Part shown: positions 12,961 to 25,846 of the stretch, piece by piece | Layout: the number at the start of each line of letters is the position of its first letter | How positions within the stretch are numbered: position 1 is the stretch's first letter | Assembly (NCBI GenBank): GCA_964016885.1 | Contig: OZ024740.1 | Location: 44,206,001-44,270,000, forward strand | Length of the DNA: 64,000 bases | Source: Eledone cirrhosa | Lineage: Eukaryota | Reading direction: 5' to 3' | Made by a program: the position numbers and the translations under genes | Notes under the pieces: model-generated | What the model saw: only the letters and a program-made list of their open reading frames with translations | Databases searched by the model: none | What the model was told of the DNA's origin: nothing

Positions 12961-13011
12961 TTAGATATGTATATATGTATGTATATATGTATATACATAT
13001 ATATATATATG

Positions 13012-13072
<61 letters not shown>

Positions 13073-13132
13073 GTAATAATAATATATAATATATAAATAA
13101 ATATAATATAATATATAAATAAATAAAGAAAT

Positions 13133-13191
<59 letters not shown>

Positions 13192-13224
13192 CGGGATAAC
13201 AAATTATTGTTATAGGTAGTCACC

Positions 13225-13229
<5 letters not shown>
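11755..13229 (-). mobile_element. PLE-related 3' remnant with HHR
   Basis: Minus strand gct-CCGATGA-(ttgactgg...ccagttcag)-GAAACaattGTC-agc at ~11813-11920, flanked by (TA)n. Confidence 0.55.
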
Positions 13230-13287
<58 letters not shown>

Positions 13288-13294
<7 letters not shown>

Positions 13295-13645
13295 GTGAGT
13301 TTTTTTTTACAAAATGAAAAATAACCGAGGTGTCCTACACGAGTGAAAGTATAAAGAAAAAGAGATGAAATCGAAAATGCAACTGAAGTCTTATTTTTTT
13401 TTAAAATATATATATTTATTTGGTTCCTTTACCGGTTTCGCAGTTCTTCTGCTTTTCAAAAGGTGAGTTGAGATGGAGGGTCTGTGGTTTTTCTCACATC
13501 TGATGTGAGAAAAACCACAGACCCTCCATCTCAACTCACCTTTTGAAAAGCAGAAGAACTGCGAAACCGGTAAAGGAACCAAATAAATATATATATTTTT
13601 TTTAAAAATAAGACTTCAGTTGCATTTTCGATTTCATCTCTTTTT

Positions 13646-13650
<5 letters not shown>
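13288..13650. mobile_element. PLE terminus fold-back with U3-A8 HHR (family also at 29781-29994 and 32153-32407)
   Basis: ~150-bp inverted repeat centred at ~13500. cctt-TTGAAAA-gcag..ctgc-GAAACcgGTA-aagg at ~13539-13575. A 62-nt extension is shared by three copies. Confidence 0.8.
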
Positions 13651-13685
<35 letters not shown>

Positions 13686-13993
13686 CTATATATATATATA
13701 AATATAATAACTCCGATATAAAACTAGCGCCTCAGGGGTTACCGATGATGTTGATCTTTTCTTCTTTTCGGGTTATAGCTACTGTCGCTCAGAGAGTGGG
13801 ATTGGCTCAGTGCACAGTCTTTCCTCACTTAAAAAAATATCTTCACGCACAGGCATAGCACGATAGAATTAATTAATAATTATTAATAAAGGTATGTTGT
13901 GCAATGGCCATACTCGATAACGAGGGCGCAGCCATCATATATATATATATATATATGTGGGTGGGTGTGTGAATGACTATGAATGTCTCTCGC

Positions 13994-14080
<87 letters not shown>

Positions 14081-14083
<3 letters not shown>

Positions 14084-14669
14084 TATGTATACGTACATGC
14101 ATATATGTATACAGACGTACAGTAGTATGTATATACATACATACATGCACACATATATATATGTACGTATGGGTTTACTGAACATTTATTATAATGTTCG
14201 GTTTGTTTGTAAACAAACAGCCCGAATTAAGCCGTACAGTGTTCGGCAACCATCGTTGCCCTTTTGTTCAACACTGACAAAGGAACGATGAACTAGTTTC
14301 TAGCTTATTAAGTGTCATCAGCACCGTATACCTTCCTGTCAGTTGATTGAACGTTTGAAAATATATACTTTCCTTATGCATATTAACGGCTGAGCAGCCT
14401 AATTTGCATATCTAGTGAGTTAGTTGGCCGGGCGTACCGAAAACGATAAATCGAAAAAATAAAATTTTATTTCTCACTCTTAGTACGGCTGATACTTAAA
14501 TATAAGTATGTATACGTACATACATATATGTATACAGACGTACAGTAGTATGTATATATATACATACATGCACACATATATATATATGTACGTATGAGTT
14601 TTACCGAACATTTATTATAATGCTCGGTTCGTTTGTAAACAAACAGCCCGAATTATTAGCCGTACAGTG
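14081..14669 (-). mobile_element. Retrozyme-like tandem unit, 423-nt monomer with HHR
   Basis: aagtatgtatacg recurs at 14081 and 14504. Minus-strand HHR at 14286-14326. Further copies at 40618-41290, 42107-42326 and 7797-7850. Confidence 0.8.
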
Positions 14670-14759
<90 letters not shown>

Positions 14760-14841
14760 GGATATCGGTTGTATATGAGTATTAAATGTAGCAGTCAAAG
14801 GGAGGCGACGACCTCCCTCGCATGAACGCACACGACAGCTT

Positions 14842-14936
<95 letters not shown>

Positions 14937-15159
14937 AACCATCTGGTTGTGGAACCAACCAACCAACCGGAAATTTATAAATTCCTAAATTTATAAATTT
15001 ATTATAATAAATTGAAGTGAAACAACTGGTGCGTGTGTTTCTTATTGGCAACATGACCCTCCCAAAGTATAACAATATCGGTTTCAACACCCGTTTTCAG
15101 ATAAAGAATATTGTTAAACAAATTCAGAAACGAAATATATATATATATATATATATATA

Positions 15160-16260
15160 TGCCCTACAACAAACCCAATGACCAGCTTAAATATATTCAC
15201 AAAAACTATATTCATAGACAACATAAGGAAAACAATCTCTAATCTCTCATCTAATATGGTCATCTTTCTTCGATAATGCAGTCACATATAACCAACTATG
15301 GCTCTAAAGATAAGATTTACTACTGTCCTGGCAAATATCCTAGAACTATAAATAAAAGAAATAGAACTAGAAATATTGCATGTTTCACACACCTCTTCCC
15401 ACTAAAGACCAACATGTGAAAGAAATTCTTGACTCTCATTGAAAAATATATCTCTGAAGGGCACAGATACTGTAAAATTTTTAACTGACATACGACCAAA
15501 CTTTGTGCTAGAAATTTAAACACCTACATCACCAAAAAATCCATGAGCTTCCCCAAATAAGGCTGTTGATGTCGAAAGTCAGGCGAATACCCGCTAAACC
15601 AAATTTGTAATACGACTGTCATGATATACGAGTTGGATATCATTTAAGTCCAAGCAAATCAACAAGAGGAATTCAGAACTTACGTGGAACTGTCGAAGTC
15701 CGATTTAAAAACCGTTTTTTAATACGACCTTTGGGTGTCCGGAAAAAAGCAAACACCAAACCTGCAAGCCATGTGTAGGCACTTAAAGACAATGGCACTA
15801 ATTTCTCTATCAAATAAAAAATATATAAAAGATCCCGACTCTACATAAATGGGTCGAGATCGGGTTCATTGGGTATGGCATAAAGGCGGAAAATTCTATA
15901 ATAGCTACACAATTCTACCAACTGTCTATATACGAGGGCAAACTTCTTCAATCGCTGCACCCGCGCCCCCAATACGTCTTGAGAGACTGGTAAAATCCAC
16001 CGTAACACTAATACCATGGAACATACTCATCATCCACCGATATCACATATCCAGTTCCACGTGGGCTCTCCTCTACAAACCCTTTTATTTTACCTGATTA
16101 CTCCAGTTAAACACGACAATCGTTAACCCCTTTTGTTTTCTCATAAACTATTCTTAATTACCAAATTATTTCCCGTACCTTCCTTCACCAATATTTATAT
16201 ATATTCCCTCCCACTCTGTATAAGTCTCATTGGTCACTGACAAGTGGTTGACTTGTGTTT
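15160..16260 (+). mobile_element. Highly decayed Nematis-like PLE remnant
   Basis: Broken reading frame LKTNM*KKFLTLIEKYISEGHRYCKIFN*HTTKL at ~15400-15510 matches the thumb region of the other Nematis-like copies. Confidence 0.6.
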
Positions 16261-16346
16261 TCGTAGTTCGTAAAAATCTTCTTCAAAGCAGTTTCGAATA
16301 ATTGTGAAGAGAAAGTATTTATCTATTAATATTTGTAAGGCCAAGG

Positions 16347-16560
16347 GTGGTGGATTGGCAGTACTGGTGGAGTATCGGACAACATGATTTATGGCATAGA
16401 GTTACGACACTTTACGATCTGAGTTCAAATCCCATCGAGGTTAGCTTTGCCTTTCATTCTTACGGGGTCGATTAAATAAAGTACCAGTAATGCACTGGGG
16501 TTGATTTAATCAACATTTCCCTTCGTTAGAAGTTTTGACCTTGTGCCGGTATCAGAAACC
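16347..16560 (+). mobile_element. tRNA-derived SINE, older subfamily
   Basis: A/B boxes and the central block are present, with a longer 3' part. Confidence 0.8.
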
Positions 16561-17602
16561 AATATCTGTAAGGCTTAATTTGAATAGTGGATCTGTATTT
16601 TATTATCATTACTAGCAGAAAAACCACTCTTTGGGTGATTTTCTGCTAGCATGTGTAGTGTGTATATTGACATTATACGCAAGTATATATACATGTAGAT
16701 ATGATACATCAAATAAAATCGTATTTGACAATATACACAGAAATTGAACGAAGACTGTGTTAAACTCTCATATGTAATCAGTAACGTAAACCATGATACA
16801 TTAAAAAAAACGATATTATATATAAACTGCATTAGGGGAAAATTAGTGACAGAAAATTAATATGTTTATTTAAGTGATCGCCACCAGAAGTGTTGACATT
16901 TGAACATTTTGAAGAAGTGAATCTTTAAATAAATAAAATATATTTAATGAACAGCCACGAAATTTAGTAGATAAATTATGTAATATTCATTCATTATTTA
17001 TTCAAAGTAATCCAACTTATTTTACTAATGGGATAAAGAATTATAAACCGTGCGCAGTCCCGCGCTTCTCCCTTTATTATAGTTTAGATTGTATATTTAT
17101 CGCATTTTAATACTACATACGTCTTAAAACGTGCATTTGCTGAAAGTAAGATCCTTTATTATTTTAATTAAAATCCGAACCAACCTGGAAAAGGATTTCT
17201 AATTACAAGGTAAACATTATATATCGTATTTTAATACTGTATATCCCTCAAATATATATATGTATGTGTGTGTGTGTGTTTGTGCGCGTGCGTGCATATG
17301 TGTGTACATGTGTGTATTCCATGTGCGTAGGTTGAAATTTCGATGCAACGTCTAAGTTTATTATTTTACTTATAACTCCAACCAGCGTGGAAAATATATT
17401 TGACCAACTACATTTTTCACTATTTATTTATTCATTCATCCATTTAATCATGTTTGAAGTGTGCTATAAAAACTAAAATGTAATTGTATTCTCTTATTTT
17501 TTCTTTAAATTTTGAAATATGTATGTAACTAACGCGTTTAAAGAGATGAGGAAGAAAGGAAACAAATCTTTATTTTAGATCCCTCTCTCTCTCTCTCTCT
17601 CT

Positions 17603-19165
17603 AGACGGCCTCGGAAATCGGGGCGATCGGCACCTTACTGGAGGAGTACGAAAGGTTTACAGGGGCTAAGCTGAACCGGGACAAGTCGATCGGTCTGCAA
17701 CTCGGCACGTGGAGGGGCAGATCGATGCCCTCCGATGGCGTCGTCAGGCGCTGGACGGGGGTCCCGGTGAAGTTGCTCGGGGTCTGGTTCGGACCAGACC
17801 TCCAGGTGGAGAAGAACTGGGTTGAGGTAACGAACAGGGTGTTTGCACTGACCCAGAAGTGGGCCGAGTGCAAACTGTCCCTGAAAGGTCGGGCGGAAGT
17901 GGCGAACACTTATATAGCGTCCGTCATCTACTACCGCCTGACCGTTGTGCCTTGCCCAAGGGAAACGCTCGCCAAAATGGAGCGCGCACTCTTCCAATTC
18001 CTTTGGAAGAAGCGGGCTCCTATGGTGAGAAGATCCATCTGCTGTCAACACCCTTCGAAAGGAGGGCTGGGGATGCCGTGGCTAATGATACGTAAACACG
18101 CATTAAGGCTACGGCACCTTCAGGTATTCCTCTCCGGTCAACCGGTGTGGGCCCCGTTTGTGAGGCGAGCCTTTCCCAAACTCGTCTCATTCACCGAGCT
18201 GCAATCCTGGGTCAAGCAAAGACCGAGAAAACTGGGCGCCTGGCACACCGAGTGTGCCCAGGCGCTCACGGCTCTCTGGCAGGCGGACCCGGCTCTCAGT
18301 GGAGAATCCACCTCGTCATTCTATAGAGGGCTGGTGGTTAGCAGGTGCGACGGTAGGACATTCAGCCCGGGACCCATGGATAACTTCCAGAGGTCCCTGG
18401 CCTGGCAATGCTACAGAAGGGCTCTGCCCGTTCGAGAAAGGCTCTACAGACACGGGCGCCCGGGTAGGGACCCCTCGAAAAAGATCTGTCCCAGATGCGT
18501 GTGCGACGAGGAAACCGTTGCACACGCATTGGTACACTGCTCGGGCATTGCCGATCTGTGGGGCTATGTCGAACAACTGCTGTCAAGGGTGGGACCGATC
18601 CGGTTGACCACCGAGTCTATTGTAACGATCAAGCCGCTTCTCCTCTTCAAAAACGAAGAAGAGGCGGCGTTTCTGTGCGTAATAGCCATGGCGAAAGAGG
18701 TTGTATGGTGGACGCGTCTGAAAGGATTGAGGTCAGACACCTTTCTCTCTGGCCAACAACTGGTCCGTTTCTTCCGATATCATTTCGGAAGAAGGATCAG
18801 GATGGAGAGAGAGGTGCTGCACCCAGTCGTTTTTATGAAAGATGGGTGAAAGTGGCGAGAATGGCCCGTGTGAATGGGCCTTCACTCTACATCAGACTAT
18901 AGGTGAAAAAGATGAAAGACCAAGGGAGCACCCCTTCTCTGTGCTCCTGAGGAAAAGGGTTGCACACTTTTTTTCAGGGGTGTGTGCGACCCCCCAAGGC
19001 GCCTCCTCCCTATTGAAGACTTTGTTATAAATTTTATTTTTTGTTATATTTTATTTTATTTTTATATCTTGTTATTGCCTCCTCCTTATTGAGGACGCCT
19101 TGTTTTGTAAACTGCCCCCATTGTACTCGTCCTGCTTTTGATGCCCTGGTGGCAAATAAAAGAAA
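17603..19165 (+). mobile_element. L1/Tx1-clade non-LTR retrotransposon, 3' portion
   Basis: ORF 17725-18849 has VKLLGVWFG, W....LSLKGRA.V.N, GGLGMP and the CCHC finger CPRC...EETVAHALVHC. GC-rich, with a T-rich 3' UTR and AATAAA at ~19155. Starts immediately after (TC)n. Confidence 0.88.
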
Positions 19166-19799
19166 CATATATATTCAATAAACAAACCAGGATTTTTCAT
19201 TCTGAGGATTGAAAGCAAAACCTTTTGCTTTTAAGAAACCACTGGTAAATGGAATAATTGCCTTATGTTGTTTATTACATAATAATACTAATTAAGCCCT
19301 GTTGCATACATAGAGCTTCTTTTTTCCTGGACTTTTCCGATGGAATTACTTCATTTATATATATATATATATATACGTGTGTTTAATGGTAGCTATGGTG
19401 CTTCCATAGACGGTATGCCAAAATTAGCACTCAATATTCTTACAGGGCAGAGTGTGAATATTATAAAAAAACGAAAAATCAGTGATGCATCTGGACTCAG
19501 TTTATTGCGTGTTACAATTGATTTGCCAGCAGGTGGCTTCAGACATGATCACTGTATGGATCTGGCTGATTCTACGGCTGCAGGTTCCTTCGGACACATG
19601 CAATTCTTTTGGAGAAAATTTTCTCACTGGGGTGTTATCATCAAAAACACCTTCAAAAAACATCTTCCACTCTTGTCATGCCATTGGCTGTTGTTTTTCT
19701 AAGTCATCATAAATTCTGGTCATTATTTACTGCTACACTGGTCATCAGCCATTTTCCGTCCGACACACTTTAATGGAGCCATGCTGGGTTTGGTAACTC

Positions 19800-20739
19800 A
19801 CACGTCTGTTCACACTCCCGAGTATGTACCCACATATATACACACACACAAATACACACACACACACATGCATGCATACACATATGTACACACACATGCG
19901 TAGACACACATACCTCCATACACATATATACACACACACACTCTCCCTCTCTTACACATACCCAAGCACACCCACACCCACCGACAGACCACCACATGTC
20001 TACTGGCGCCTGCCTATACAGCCCCTTACATCCGGTCACACAAGCACGCACATGCGCACACACGCGCGGCCACACACGTACACGCATACAAAGACACATA
20101 TCGGCGTTCGGGCACATCTGCACACATATACACAAACACTCTCAGACACATACATAGACACACGCACGCACATACACGCATATCCTTATGGATAGGCATC
20201 AAGGACAGACAGACTTCCAAAGACATAAGCACACATACACACACAGATACAGACCTGTACATATATCTACACACAAGTAGATGTACCCGCATATAAACAT
20301 ATATACAAATCCTGTCTTATGTGGGTGTACGTACGCGCCGACACACACACACACCCACCGACAGATACACACACCATGTATATATATGTCGGTGTACACA
20401 CATGCACATACACACGCATACAGACACACACACACACATACACATATACATATATGTATACATATACATATATATATACATATATATACACACATACACA
20501 TAGATATTTATACACACATATGTTTATATGTGTACACACACACACATACATACGCATAGACACACATACGCACACACACACACCTACGCATATCCATATA
20601 TACATATATATATATACATACACATACATACATATATACACATACATACACATACATAAACATACATACACACACACACATACACACATATATATATAAC
20701 TCTACATGCATACACATACCCACCTATATATATATACAT

Positions 20740-20770
<31 letters not shown>

Positions 20771-21300
20771 CGCACACGGACACACATATGCACACACATG
20801 CACATATGCATATGTGCTTACACACACATGCTTTCACATATACATATATAAACAAAACCATAAAATAAATATACAATATACAATAAAAATACAATATACA
20901 ATAAAATAACAATATATATATATAATAGATATGATAAAATAATATATAATAAAATGAATATATAATCCATCCGTACACATTCCTGTGAGATGTACACATA
21001 TATATATATAACCATATATATAGTCACACATACATATATATACACACACATACATACATACGCACCCATATACACACACATACTCATACATAACTATATA
21101 TATATAGATATATATACATACACCCACATATGTACACATCTGTACATGCATGCACACACACATATATAAACTCACGCATATACGTACACATACACACATA
21201 CACACCCACACACACGTATATATATATATATATCTACATACACACACACACACACATATACATACGCACAGGTCTACACATATACACACATATAAAAACA
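19800..21300. repeat. Long degenerate (CA/TA)n low-complexity tract
   Basis: About 1.5 kb of alternating purine-pyrimidine sequence, which generates many spurious ORFs. Confidence 0.9.
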
Positions 21301-21498
21301 ATAATATAATAAAATAAAATAAATTTACAATATGTTAAAATACATTAAAATCTGTATATAACTGTATAAAGAGATATATAAAAAAGGGGGAGTTAAAGAA
21401 GAAGATACGTGGATTCATGTGATATACTACACACAGGTAGTATGAGGTGCAAACTTAGATCCGTGCATGGAACAAAGATTAATAACGATTATAACGAT

Positions 21499-21554
<56 letters not shown>

Positions 21555-21564
21555 TAATAATAAA

Positions 21565-22830
21565 AAAAATGAAGGAATTGTTAAGAACTGAATACATTCG
21601 GAGAGTAAGGAGCGTATTGAAGTCACATCTGAACAGCAGAAATGCCATAAGCGCAGTAAATTCCCGAGCTGTGTCTATTATTAGGTACAGTGCGGGAATT
21701 CTGAGATGGAATGTTGCTGAACAAAAAGAAATGGATAGGAAGACTAGGAAGCTATTGACTATCTACAACATGTTCCACAAGAGGAGTGATGTCGATAGAC
21801 TCTACCTAAGGAGATCTGAGGGTGGAAGAGGTCTTATCAGCATAGAGGACTGTGTTCAGATGGAGAAAAACAACCTATACAAATACGTGACCTATAGTAA
21901 GGAGCCAATGCTCAGAACTGTACTGAAGGAGGGGACAGTAGGCCAGGGGATGTCCAAGGAGGAAATAACATCAAGGAGGAAGAGCAGCCTTAAGGGAAAA
22001 TCCCTTCATAGTACCTTCTTTGAGAAAACTGAATTTAGAGATCCACAGACATGGAACTGGTTGAGAAGAGGAGACCTCAAAAAGGCTACAGAAGGAATGC
22101 TAATGGCTGCGCAGGAGCAGGCCCTCAAAACGAAGTGGTTGAAGCACCATATCTACAAGGAGGAGGCTAGCCCACTGTACAGGATCTGTGGAGAGAGAGA
22201 GGAGACTGTGGCTCACATTGTGTCCGAGTGTAAACACCTAGCCCAGACCCACTATAAGGGCTGGAGACACGATGTGATGGGCAGGGTGATCCACTGGCAC
22301 CTGTGCAAAGTAAACAATTTACCACATTCTGAGAAATGGTATGAGCATAGGCCAGAGGCGGTGATGGAGAACAATCAGGTGAAGGTGCTGTGGGATTTTA
22401 GGATACAGACGGACAAAAAACTGGAACACAATAGACCTGACCTGGTGGTTGTGGACAAAGAAAAAAGATCGTGCCTGATTGTGGATGTGGCCTGCCCGTT
22501 CGACACGAGAGTGCAAGAGAAGGAGAGGGAGAAAATTAACCGATACCAGGACCTAAAGTGGGAGGTGAAAAGGATTTGGAACTGCCATGAAGTCAAAGTG
22601 ATCCCGATTGTCATAGGCGCACTGGGGACTATCTCCAAAAGTTTCCAGGGATGGTTAAAGAAAATCGGCCCCTTCACGCTTTTTGGAACGCTTCAAAAGG
22701 CATGCTTGCTTGGAACAGCAAGAACCCTCCGATACGTCCTGAATATCTGAGGCTGCAGGTAGTGGCTTGATATTCAATCCAACGGACTTTCCAGTTAACC
22801 AACATCAATGACTGAGATTCAAGGAATAAC
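21565..22830 (+). mobile_element. R4/Dong-like RLE non-LTR retrotransposon, 5'-truncated, in (TAA)n
   Basis: RLYL.R.EGGRGL, AAQEQAL, (C)RIC....ETVAHIVSEC, RHD and RPDLVV.D...C.IVDVACP endonuclease motifs. (TAA)n on both sides. Confidence 0.92.
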
Positions 22831-22851
22831 AATAACAATAATAATAATAAT

Positions 22852-23110
22852 CATAAGGGGTCTAACGACTACTTATCGCAAATCCCAGGAAACCCGCGTA
22901 TAGGAGAAATACAAAAGATAGTACTAATGGGAACTGCCCATATACTAAGGAAAATCCTGTCAATATAAGTACATCACAAGTCTAAACACTAAGGATGCAT
23001 GTGTGAATATGTATGTTCTTTCTTGAACATGGCGGACCTTGTTGTCTCTTGAGGTCACTGGTTGTGACTTGGTGATAACTCGTATGAACATAAAGCAAGA
23101 TAAATGCAAA
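22852..23110 (+). mobile_element. Short 3' end of a second R4/Dong-like family
   Basis: Encodes IGEIQKIVLMGTAHILRKILSI*, homologous to LQKACLLGTARTLRYVLNI*. Followed by a 3' UTR and (TAA)n. Confidence 0.75.
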
Positions 23111-23132
23111 TAATAATAATAATAATAATAAT

Positions 23133-23904
23133 AAGAGGAGACCTTAAAAAGGCTACAGAAGGAATGTTAATTGCTGCGCAAGAGCAGGCCCTCAAAACGA
23201 AGTGGTTGAAACACCATATTTACAAGGAGGAGGCTAGCCCACTGTGCAGGATCTGTGGAGAGAGAGAGGGAGACTGTGGCTCACATTGTATCCGAGTGTA
23301 AACACCTAGCCCAGACTCACTATAAAGGCTGGAGACATGATGTGATAGGCAGGGTGATCCACTGGCACCTATGAGAGGTAAACAACTTACCACATTCTGA
23401 GAAGTGGTATGAGCATAAGCCAGAGTCGGTGATAGAAAACGATCAGGTGAAGGTGCTATGGGATTTTAGGATACAGACAGACAAGAAACTGGAACACAAT
23501 AGACCTGACCTGGTGGTTTTGGACAAGGAAAAAAGATCGTGCCTGATTGTGGATGTGGCCTGCCCATTCGACACGAGAGCGCAAGAGAAGGAGAGGGAGA
23601 AAATTAACCGATACCAGGACTCAAAGTGGGAGGTAAAAAGGATTTGGAACTGCCATGAAATCAAAGTGATTGTCATAGGCGCACTAGGTACTATCTCAAA
23701 GAGTTTCCAAGGATGATTAAAGAAAATTGGTCCCACCCCGCTTTTTGGAACACTTCAAAAGGCATGCTTGCTGGGAACAGCAAGAACTCTCCGATACGTC
23801 CTGAATATCTGAGGCTGCAGGTAGTGGCTTGATATTCATTTCAACAATCTTTCCAGTTAAATAACATCAATGACTGAGACTCAAAGAACAATAATAATAA
23901 TAAT
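23133..23904 (+). mobile_element. Another truncated, frameshifted copy of the first R4/Dong-like family
   Basis: High identity to 22065-22830, flanked by (TAA)n. Confidence 0.9.
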
Positions 23905-24035
23905 TGTTCCAAAGTGGAACATGTGGAGAGTATATATTCACGATTGACGGGGTCCACATTCATGGGGACTCTTGGCCCGGTCACCTTGGGGTATGTCGCT
24001 GTGGTTGGGGTGTGATGTTCTATATGTTTGGGGTG

Positions 24036-24068
<33 letters not shown>

Positions 24069-25089
24069 CTGTGTCTGTGTGCGCGCGCACACACGTGTGT
24101 GTGCATGCTCGGATAAAATCTCGTTTTCCTTCCATATCGCCCTCTCTATCTTTCTCCCTCTCCATATATCTCTCTCACTCTTTCCCTGTTTCCTTTCCAC
24201 TCTTCTCCATTCTGCCCATCTGTCTATATTTCTCTTTCCTGTTCTCGTCCTCTTCCTTCTCTTACTATCTCCTTGAATTGTTCTCATAACTTCTCATGAT
24301 AGATACTCCTGCATGAATCTTATTGATATGGGCCACTTTAAGGAAAGTAATGCAAATGAGACTGAAAAACGTAGGAATTAGATTTAATGCCTACAGACTT
24401 GAATTTGGCCGATGGTTTTCACAATTAGTTTCCAAGCAAACTAATTGTGAAAACTCTGAAGAACTAAACCCTTTTCAAAAGAATGGCGTAAATAGAGCGG
24501 AAAAGAATGAAATTAGTCACACCTATATCTTCATGAAGCTACGCATGGAATTGTTGAGTCGGATTCCTAAAGAGAAGGACACCAGATAATAATTAAAAAA
24601 AAAAAGAAAACGTACTAGTCACAAAGGGCCCACGGTATCACAGAAGTACACAAAAGCCACCAGGAGTGAGATGGCCTGGGATGCAATGATAATGGAGATA
24701 CGCCAAGTGAACAAAATGAAACTCTAAAACGTGGCAAAGAAAAAATAAGGAGCTATCAGGCAGACCCCAATAAGGAAAATGCAAACAAATAGGCACAACA
24801 TGTCCTGTGGACAACGTTTAGAGTAAATATGTAGAGGGCTCGGAAAGAGAAAACCCAAGTACCCTGTAAGTGTTTCAATAGTGGGGCCTGCTGTCATGGG
24901 AAAGCAGAGATAGGCTGAAGATTCGCTCACCCCAAATTTATAACCCTCGGCTATCAATCCACGAACACAAGCCCACTACAACCAGGCTACACGAGACCAG
25001 GAGGAATCCAAATACCCGAGTCAAAATCTATACGAGACCTGAGTATTAACATGAACAATGATGCAGCATTTCATGAACTCATCACCAAA

Positions 25090-25730
25090 ATAGCAGCAAT
25101 GTGCAGACGACTGGCTGGTTGGATAGTTGGATTTTGAGGGCAATCAGGACAAAGACCGGGTAACTGTTGGTCGTCTGGAGAATATTTGTCCTCAATCGAG
25201 TGGACTATTGCTCTCAGTTGTGGTCACCCTACAGTGTCAAACTATCTGTAGAACTTGACACAATCCAATGGAGCTACACCAAGAAGATTGTCTCAAGGGG
25301 ATGAGGTACAGGGAGAAGCTGAAAGAATTAAAGCTCCACTCCCTGTAACGAGGACAGGATAAATATGCAGTGATATACATACGTAAAATCCTGAAAGAAT
25401 TAGCATCAAACTTTGCCATTGAGTGCTGGACCAACTCACGAACTGGACGCCTTGGGTGGATACTGCAATAGTCTGGGGTTCAAAAGACCCCATCTCCTTA
25501 ATAAGCTGCCAAAAGACTGAAAGGTCTTCAATGTAGACTCTACATGATGTAGTTGGAGTTGTTTCCAAGAAAAATCTTGACATCCTGCTAACCAAGATGA
25601 AGCCACAGCACGAGAGGAAATACAAATATGGGCCACAACGACAATCTCCCTCTTACATCAATAACCAACTATTGAAAGTTGACTATAGAAAATGTACTGG
25701 AAATCGCGGTGCCCAGCATGGCCTCAGCCA
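25090..25730 (+). mobile_element. CR1-like LINE 3' remnant
   Basis: Broken frame FVLNRVDYCSQLWSPY...IQ..YTKKI...YREKLKELKLHSL*R. Confidence 0.7.
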
Positions 25731-25761
25731 GTTAGCTAGAAAACGTAAAAGAGTAAAACAG

Positions 25762-25846
<85 letters not shown>

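Noticed and set aside
17635-18902. Overlapping alternative-frame and antisense ORFs in the Tx1-like LINE
   Set aside because: Expected by-products of GC-rich coding sequence, with no recognisable motifs.
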